DNA from: a virus
Virus record (IMG/VR): IMGVR_UViG_3300003323_000257
Location: 69,923 to 133,922 of that record
DNA: 64,000 nt
Reading direction: 5' to 3' (one strand)
The notes beneath the pieces were generated by a model. That model saw only the letters and a list, made by a program, of their open reading frames with translations. It made no database searches and was not told the DNA's origin. A program made the translations under genes and the position numbers. Shown here in pieces: positions 58,012-64,000 of the stretch. Position 1 is the first letter of the stretch; each line of letters starts with the position of its first letter.

Positions 58012-59355
58012 ATGAGTAATCTGAAACTAGCAAGTCCAAAAGCTGAGTTGGCTGTATTAAGGGGCATGTGCAGCCGAGACAAAAAGATTGCAGGTTCACT
58101 GCTAGCAGGTGCTGACGAATCGTATTTCTTTAGTCCGGAGTCTGTAGAGGTCTATCAGACCATTAAGAAGATAATGGCCGAAACAGGAGAGTCTCCTTCC
58201 TATAGGCTATTAATCGAAGATCCTGACCTGTCAAAGGATGCACGCGCTCATTTCAGGGAATCTCAACCCACGGTGCAATCTCCTGCTGACGCCAAGAAAG
58301 CAGTCAGCAATCTAGAGAAGTACCGTAAGCGCCGAGGCATCTACAATCTTGCAGTGGATTTAGGTCATCAATTGAAGGCCTCCAAGGTTGATGTGGATGA
58401 ACTACTCCATCGGGCATCTAATGCAATATCGGTTATCAGGGCCCGTAAGGCAACTGATGATTCGTTCCTGCATTTTGGTCGCAACAACAACTCGATGAAA
58501 GTCGTCGACTCCATTCTCTATGAGGATAATTCGGTCGACGTTATCCCCACAGGACTGGAGTGCGTTGATTCGGTGATCGGCGGTGTATATCGAGGAGCGT
58601 TGTTTACCATCGGTGCAAACTCTGGTGGCGGTAAATCGATCATGGCCACCGTGTTGGCCAAGAACTTTGCTACCTTAGGATACAAGGTTGTACTAGTACC
58701 CCTGGAGATGTCCAAGAAGGAGATGACGACTCGTCTGATGGCCTCAGTTACTGGAACAGATTTTAGTGATCTGTGGCTGCAGAGACTTTCCACTGGCGAC
58801 CGAGATCGAGTACGTAAGAAATTTAGGAAGTGGTTGAAGAAGGTCAAGGAGGCAGGAGGTCGTTTAACGATCTACAAACCTGAGGCGGATGAAACCATTG
58901 AAGAGGTGTACGCAGCTACAGCGGCCTATGAGGCTGATGTAAATATCCTGGACTATATCGGACTTCTTAAAGGGGTAGATGGAGATGACCAGGTGCGAGC
59001 ATTAGGACAGGTTGCACGATACGGTAAGATCAATGCAGAGAATACCGGCAGGGCTAACATTATGTTATGCCAGTTAACTGATGAAGGCAAGATCAAATAC
59101 AGTCGAGCAATCACCGAACACAGCTCCTTGAGTTGGACATGGATGGCCACCGCTGAATCGAAAGAAACAGGTGTGACCAAGATCGATCAACCTAAATCGC
59201 GTAACTCGCTGAGCTACCCGTTCTATGTAAAGTTCAATTACAGCACCATGCAGATCGAATCGATGGACATGAATGCTGTGGAAGACGATTCGTTAGGCTC
59301 TATAGAAGGCAAGAAGAAAAACAAGGAGCTAAAGAATTTAGCTTCCGATGTTTAA
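58012..59355 (+). CDS. dnaB: DnaB-like replicative helicase
   Basis: SPKAELAVL N-terminus, GANSGGGKS, PLEMS, ILDYIGLL, LCQL. Confidence 0.88.
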   Translation: MSNLKLASPKAELAVLRGMCSRDKKIAGSLLAGADESYFFSPESVEVYQTIKKIMAETGESPSYRLLIEDPDLSKDARAHFRESQPTVQSPADAKKAVSNLEKYRKRRGIYNLAVDLGHQLKASKVDVDELLHRASNAISVIRARKATDDSFLHFGRNNNSMKVVDSILYEDNSVDVIPTGLECVDSVIGGVYRGALFTIGANSGGGKSIMATVLAKNFATLGYKVVLVPLEMSKKEMTTRLMASVTGTDFSDLWLQRLSTGDRDRVRKKFRKWLKKVKEAGGRLTIYKPEADETIEEVYAATAAYEADVNILDYIGLLKGVDGDDQVRALGQVARYGKINAENTGRANIMLCQLTDEGKIKYSRAITEHSSLSWTWMATAESKETGVTKIDQPKSRNSLSYPFYVKFNYSTMQIESMDMNAVEDDSLGSIEGKKKNKELKNLASDV

Positions 59356-59401
59356 AGATTTTTACCCACCGCGGCACGGCCGTAACTAAGAAAGGAAGAC
59401 C

Positions 59402-59779
59402 ATGCAAGACCAACCAAGCCCAACTGAAGTACCTCAAACTCAACAGGTGCAAATCGGTTTCGAGAAAGCACTGACCATGATGAATCCTGAATGGCGTGCT
59501 CAGTTCACCAAGGAACAGGTGAATCAATTCCGCCATTTCTACCATCAAGGTATCCAGGATGTCTATTTCCTGGTTCGTCTGCAAAACGAACAGATGGCTC
59601 AAAACTTCCAAAGTGTTCTGAACACCGTTGTGGTAACTGGAAACGAAGAAGAAATCGCTGCTGCGCAAGCTGAAGCCCAGAAAGCAATCAACGAGGATTC
59701 ACCGATGCAAACGGAAACCAAGAAGGATCAGGCAAAACCAAAGGCGGCTAAGAAAGCAGTAAAGAAGGGCCGTAAATAA
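59402..59779 (+). CDS. Hypothetical protein
   Basis: AAAGGA SD; Lys/Ala-rich tail. Confidence 0.7.
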   Translation: MQDQPSPTEVPQTQQVQIGFEKALTMMNPEWRAQFTKEQVNQFRHFYHQGIQDVYFLVRLQNEQMAQNFQSVLNTVVVTGNEEEIAAAQAEAQKAINEDSPMQTETKKDQAKPKAAKKAVKKGRK

Positions 59780-59782
59780 TAG
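59772..59782 (+). promoter_or_regulatory. Class-2 motif GTAAATAATAG
   Basis: Upstream of candidate RNA D; overlaps a Lys-stop. Confidence 0.4.
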
Positions 59783-59901
59783 GTCATAGCGCTCGTTTTC
59801 TATGTGGTTTTTCATAGTGCGACGGAGCTAAAATGACGCTTACTGTGCAAGGTACATGAAACGACAGAAGGGAGCTAAATCATTGCGATTTAGCTCCCTT
59901 C
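59783..59901 (+). ncRNA. Candidate small RNA D between a GTAAATAATAG motif and a 15-bp hairpin
   Basis: Irregular hairpin 59783-59837 begins right after the motif; no ORF longer than 9 codons before the terminator-like stem. Confidence 0.4.
59867..59901. terminator. Strong hairpin between convergent units
   Basis: GAAGGGAGCTAAATC-ATTGC-GATTTAGCTCCCTTC, 15 perfect bp; weak U-tracts. Confidence 0.75.
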
Positions 59902-59933
59902 CTATTTTACTGCTTCGACTTTATGTCTATACT

Positions 59934-60437
59934 TTAAAGTCGTTTGGGTTTCCGTGTAAACTTTGTACGACTCTTTGGTGTCACTTTATCCATATCCTTT
60001 TGGATTTGGGCAACGGCAGCACTGAAACGTTTCACCCAGTCTCGGGACTTCTCCATGTTCTCCAAATACTGCTGAGCTTCTTTGACGTAATTGTCAAACT
60101 CTTTGCAGAACTTATTGACTTCCTTAGGGCTTACTTCGCTGTTCAATCTGATCACCGAACGAGGCTTACCCATCTCGATACCGAATTGGAGTAGTCCGTC
60201 GATAATATGGATCGCGATACTGTTACCTCCTGTCAGCATGATATCAACTTCGATGCTTTCCAGTGGCCCATTAAAAACCACATGAAGCCAATCTTCATCT
60301 TCTGCATCGATGGCTTTACAGTCCAGTGAGTACTCCTTGAACACATCTTTGAGGTACTTGATTGCACCTGCAAGATCAGTGGCTGCGTTCACTTCACGAG
60401 TTTTAAGCCGCTCGGCGGCTTTGATAGCGGTGCTCAT
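59934..60437 (-). CDS. Hypothetical protein, putative internal head protein
   Basis: N-terminal IKAAERLK motif shared with 61294-61599. Confidence 0.65.
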   Translation of the reverse strand: MSTAIKAAERLKTREVNAATDLAGAIKYLKDVFKEYSLDCKAIDAEDEDWLHVVFNGPLESIEVDIMLTGGNSIAIHIIDGLLQFGIEMGKPRSVIRLNSEVSPKEVNKFCKEFDNYVKEAQQYLENMEKSRDWVKRFSAAVAQIQKDMDKVTPKSRTKFTRKPKRL

Positions 60438-61219
60438 CACATTGCCGCTGTTTCTTCGACCATCTTTTTGATCTCAGCCAGATACTGTGGGGCGTAACCG
60501 TACAAGCGGCTGTAGTACTCGATCTGCTGGTTCACGTCGTCGCGGCTGATGCCAGAAGCCAGAACCTTTTGGTGAGCGTCACGAGGAATAGCAACAGCGT
60601 TGGCAGGCAGAACCGACGCGACCTGGGTGGCCTTGATAACCTCGGCACGTCCGGTGGTCGACGAAACGATCTGCAACTTGGTACCGTCCTTGGAAGCCTT
60701 CACACAGAATCCATAATCCATATCACCGCTATCCGATGCGTAGGCTACGAATTCACGCGAAGCCGCAACATGGCTGGCAGTGATCTGATGAATCTTAGGA
60801 ACGTCTTGGCGACGATTCACCGTAGCATTCACCAGCTCGCTCAGGTCCTCTTGACCTTGGCGGGCCAGGAACATACCAGAAGCGCCTTTTTTGACCTCCC
60901 ACAGGGTGCGATCATCATTCGACATAAGAATGTTGTTGGCCACAACCTTGTAAGAAGCACGAATTTCCTTTTCGTCTGTTGGACGCAGCTCCTGATTGGC
61001 ACGCACATATCCAACCATAACATTGGCTTTCAACATGCGGAAGCTGTTTTCCACAGGCGTTGCCATGTACTTCATTTGCTTGGCCAATGTCTCTACAACA
61101 TCGGCCTTGGTCTGTTTGCCAGTATAGGCAACGATGACACGAGCCAATTTCGAGGAAATCATTTCGTAGTCGGTGATCGAAGCAGTGCAAACGTTGATAC
61201 CTTGAGTATTGATATTCAT
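60437..61219 (-). CDS. Probable head/core structural protein
   Basis: GGAG SD at reassigned ATG 61219; highly expressed-type codon usage; repeated (I/V)xAS motifs. Confidence 0.65.
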   Translation of the reverse strand: MNINTQGINVCTASITDYEMISSKLARVIVAYTGKQTKADVVETLAKQMKYMATPVENSFRMLKANVMVGYVRANQELRPTDEKEIRASYKVVANNILMSNDDRTLWEVKKGASGMFLARQGQEDLSELVNATVNRRQDVPKIHQITASHVAASREFVAYASDSGDMDYGFCVKASKDGTKLQIVSSTTGRAEVIKATQVASVLPANAVAIPRDAHQKVLASGISRDDVNQQIEYYSRLYGYAPQYLAEIKKMVEETAAM

Positions 61220-61293
61220 TTTAAAACTCTCCATAAGTGACGCTTTACAGCGAACGGATTGAAAAATGCCCACTCAGCGTGGTGCTAGAAAAC

Positions 61294-61599
61294 TTAATCG
61301 TCACGGTCTACTAGAGACAGCATAGCTGGCCATTGGCCGTGACTGCGCAGCAATACGATATATCGCTCTGCATTAATGGTAAAGATTAATCCAGTCTTAG
61401 GCATATTGGGCTTGCCGTGTCCGAATTTCTTGGTCAGCACCGCCTCTGCTTTATCATCAGTCGCAAAGGATACCGACAAATGAGTGGTTTCTTCGTGCTT
61501 ACCTACGTGAAGCCCTAACGAGTTCAAGTACTCCTTCGCCTGATCTTCACGCACACCTGCCATCACCTTCAATCGTGCGGCTGCATTTACTTGAATCAT
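61294..61599 (-). CDS. Hypothetical protein, putative internal head protein
   Basis: ATG 61599 overlaps the upstream stop (ATGA); begins MIQVNAAARLK. Confidence 0.65.
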   Translation of the reverse strand: MIQVNAAARLKVMAGVREDQAKEYLNSLGLHVGKHEETTHLSVSFATDDKAEAVLTKKFGHGKPNMPKTGLIFTINAERYIVLLRSHGQWPAMLSLVDRDD

Positions 61600-62003
61600 G
61601 ATTGGATCTTTCTTAAGAAGGATGAATGCCATCGACCTTTAGGCTCGGCCAACATTGTGCCGTCAGGGTGTGGATCAAAGAAAGGCACACCGTTCTTGCC
61701 AACTACAGCATGACCAATGTTGGGATTCCTTGGAGACGGACCACTCATGAAGTGATACACATCAGGCATACCTGGACGCCAGTAGTAAACCAGCGAAGTT
61801 TGCCAGGCGATCTCGTATCCGTGTTTAAGCAGGAACTCCTCGACTGCATTATAGCATTCGTAGGCACGACCTTCAGCTTGTTCAAGGAAGTGCGGAACTT
61901 CCTGAATCGGAAGATCAAGAAGAGATGCAAACACGGCACGCATGCAATCACCGTATATCCTTGGCTCTTCCTGATAGAACTGTGTTTGATATTGCGGAGT
62001 CAT
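61596..62003 (-). CDS. Papain-like (peptidase C39-like) fold protein
   Basis: GDCMRA (Cys), GHAVV (His), FDPHP (Asp); start reassigned to ATG 62003. Confidence 0.55.
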   Translation of the reverse strand: MTPQYQTQFYQEEPRIYGDCMRAVFASLLDLPIQEVPHFLEQAEGRAYECYNAVEEFLLKHGYEIAWQTSLVYYWRPGMPDVYHFMSGPSPRNPNIGHAVVGKNGVPFFDPHPDGTMLAEPKGRWHSSFLRKIQS

Positions 62004-62004
62004 T

Positions 62005-62077
62005 CTATCCTCTATAGGATAGCCGAGTCTCAAAGCTTCCTCGGCGTGAGGGCTGGCTCAATTGCTAAGAGACTCGG
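62005..62077 (-). ncRNA. Candidate structured leader element C
   Basis: CCGAGTCTC/GAGACTCGG 9-bp stem enclosing 37 nt, then a CTATCCT-ATAG-AGGATAG hairpin covering the SD; downstream of CAATTTAACC. Confidence 0.55.
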
Positions 62078-62081
62078 ACAC

Positions 62082-62091
62082 GGTTAAATTG
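62082..62091 (-). promoter_or_regulatory. Class-1 motif CAATTTAACC
   Basis: Upstream of element C and the head-protein operon. Confidence 0.5.
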
Positions 62092-62136
62092 AGGACTTCT
62101 ACGCCTAGGTCGTCAACTATTCTACCAATATTCTAA

Positions 62137-62643
62137 TTAGACGTCGACCCAGTCCGTGTATTTGAAGGTGCACGACAGAGTAACCAGATTGGAAGCTCCG
62201 CCATCCAACGCTACTTCATTGAACGTCTCCAGATACAAACCGTACAGATTGGTAGTCCGCACAACAGCTGGAATGTCGTTGTAAACAACGATTTGTGAAT
62301 CCACTTTGTACGCTGCTGCCAACGCACCGCTGTTGTTACGCCACGAACGGATGAATTCGTTCCAACGTTTAAACTTCTCACGGGTAGACCAATCGGCAGT
62401 CTCCAGGAACGTTGCGTTCAGGGTGTGAGTGTAAATCTTACGCCCGGCAAAGGGAATGTTCACACCATGAAGCGCCACGTCCACTGGATCAACTGCTGCG
62501 CCAGGCAGATCGGTGGTCATACACTTGAACGTCAGATCACGTGTATCCGAAGAGCCTGGAATGTTAGGCAAGAACAAATCGAAGTTGTAGCCCATTGCTG
62601 GGTCTTGCAAGCTCAATACGTCTTGAAGGCTGGTACGTGCCAT
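62137..62643 (-). CDS. Tail tube protein (T4 gp19-like)
   Basis: LPGAAVDPV...FAGRKIYTHTLNATFLE...KRW...LSCTFKY; follows the sheath gene. Confidence 0.88.
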   Translation of the reverse strand: MARTSLQDVLSLQDPAMGYNFDLFLPNIPGSSDTRDLTFKCMTTDLPGAAVDPVDVALHGVNIPFAGRKIYTHTLNATFLETADWSTREKFKRWNEFIRSWRNNSGALAAAYKVDSQIVVYNDIPAVVRTTNLYGLYLETFNEVALDGGASNLVTLSCTFKYTDWVDV

Positions 62644-64000
62644 TATTGACCTCCTACTTGGCTAAGCGCCTCTTGGAAACTTACGCCCTGCTTGCTGATA
62701 ACCATCTGCAGTTGGATTTCATGAATCGGAATCACTGGAACGATGATCACTGTAACTACACGAACACCGCTGTTCAGCATTGCCGCAGAGTTATTGGAAG
62801 CATCAGAGACAACCGAGAACGAGCTAATGCCGCGAGCGTCCTGAATCGATTGCAGATATTGGTTACATGCACCAACAATCTGACGACCAGTAAACGGATC
62901 GTTAGGCTCCTGCAGCGAATACAACAGGAACTGGTACATCGCGGTCTTCATCGTGTTGACGATTCGACGTACGCTCAACCAGCTCAGAGCACTCTGTTTG
63001 GCTTGAAGGGTCTGTTGCTCCCACAACGCGATACCTTGGCCAACGAAGGTCCTGGTGTAGTTCACTTGGGCCTTGAACAGCTCGGAAGCCTCGCCATCAT
63101 CGTAGGTTTCACGTGTCTTCAACACGTTTACCAGGCCACGGTTCAGACCTGCAATCGAGAACGATGGATTTGCCACCCTATCTGTACGTGCGCACAATGC
63201 AGCTGCCCATCCAGAGAATGGAACATACTGTTGCTTGCCGTTGATCAGGTCGGCTTCCAGCACGTCCGGGCAGAACAAGGCCGAATATGAACTATTCAGG
63301 TTCAACGACAGTTTGCGATAGTTGATAGCCGCCTGGAACTTCTGTTGCGATGAAGGAACGTCCAACATCGCCACCGAATCCCAACGCTTCACTGCCAGCG
63401 CATCCATCGCTTTCTGCACCGTCGGAGTTGAATGGCCACCGTTAATCAGAGTGTTGATCTGATACAGCTGCTTGTTCTTGAAGATGTCGTAGGCTGCTGC
63501 AACGTCGAACTCTGTAGGAGCCGTACCTGAATTACCACCAGCCAGTTTGGTAGGCAGCACCGTAGTCACTGTAGGTACAGTCAGGAGAGCCAGCGTATTA
63601 TTGGTAACCTGAATGTACTGAGAATACGGATTAATACGTTCTTCCAACTCGGTAGAGATACCAGAGGAATCGATGTTTGGGGCCAGCGTGCAAACAAACT
63701 GCTCCACTGGATTATCAATCGACTGATTCAGATCGAACACGGAGACTGTGAACGAAGGGTCAGGCGGTGGCAAATTCGCAGGCGAAGTAATCGGTTGATG
63801 ATTGACGTCAGGAGTGATCAGGCCAGTATCGATGAAGGTCGTGATGCCCTTACCGATGATAGCTAATTCTCCTATGGCGCTTGGAACATTGGTGCGTCCA
63901 TAGATCACGTAACCATCAGCAAGAGCCACTGGATCCCAAGTCAGAGTAACTTGATTGGTGGTCGATGCACCTGCGATGTTAATCACGAACGGCGTGGATG
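62643..64000 (-). CDS. Tail sheath protein (C-terminal part; runs off the window)
   Basis: LAGGNSG, PFSGWAAAL..RTD...SIAGLNRG, EQQTLQ...LSVRR, FLLYSLQEPND; frame open at base 64000. Confidence 0.92.
   Translation of the reverse strand, partial: STPFVINIAGASTTNQVTLTWDPVALADGYVIYGRTNVPSAIGELAIIGKGITTFIDTGLITPDVNHQPITSPANLPPPDPSFTVSVFDLNQSIDNPVEQFVCTLAPNIDSSGISTELEERINPYSQYIQVTNNTLALLTVPTVTTVLPTKLAGGNSGTAPTEFDVAAAYDIFKNKQLYQINTLINGGHSTPTVQKAMDALAVKRWDSVAMLDVPSSQQKFQAAINYRKLSLNLNSSYSALFCPDVLEADLINGKQQYVPFSGWAAALCARTDRVANPSFSIAGLNRGLVNVLKTRETYDDGEASELFKAQVNYTRTFVGQGIALWEQQTLQAKQSALSWLSVRRIVNTMKTAMYQFLLYSLQEPNDPFTGRQIVGACNQYLQSIQDARGISSFSVVSDASNNSAAMLNSGVRVVTVIIVPVIPIHEIQLQMVISKQGVSFQEALSQVGGQ

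Noticed and set aside
59856-60194. 112-aa + strand ORF
   Set aside because: Runs through the 15-bp hairpin and is antisense to a credible gene.
62595-63290. Long antisense ORFs over the sheath gene and others (60569-61240, 17888-18625, 12030-12641, many in fibre genes)
   Set aside because: Shadows of strongly biased codon usage on the opposite strand; no SD or recognisable domains.
1-64000. tRNA, tmRNA or rRNA genes
   Set aside because: Intergenic gaps are short and none showed a cloverleaf with TTCRA and CCA features.

Overview
A gene-dense (roughly 48% GC by eye) segment of a large lytic myovirus (jumbo-phage-type) genome. Left arm (+ strand): end of a homing endonuclease, large terminase, RuvC-like resolvase, MmcB-like nuclease, GNAT, portal, then a contractile-tail baseplate module (hub, spike, PAAR, gp25, gp6/J, gp7/I-like) interrupted by a GIY-YIG homing-endonuclease cassette. 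Middle (- strand): very large repeat-rich fibre genes, each followed by a small putative adhesin, and a holin/GH19-endolysin lysis cassette. Right arm (+ strand): 5'-3' exonuclease, Cas4-like nuclease, clamp loader, SbcC/Rad50 ATPase, beta-clamp, SF2 helicase and DnaB-like helicase, with one inverted fibre cassette embedded. The window ends in the tail tube and sheath genes (- strand). From memory the gene set resembles RSL1/Lu11/PaBG-like jumbo phages; this is not verified. I saw no tRNA, CRISPR array, integrase, intron or intein. The most interesting signals are non-coding: (i) two recurrent intergenic promoter-like motifs; (ii) four intergenic, promoter-linked structured RNA elements, one of which sits in front of the GIY-YIG gene, has an exact 7-nt loop-loop complement and matches a distant element at two sites; (iii) a -1 slippery site in the tail chaperone; (iv) a shared N-terminal motif in putative internal head proteins; (v) a modular fibre system whose two longest fibres may dock on a capsid-cement-like adaptor. 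All family calls come from motif recognition by eye, not database searches.
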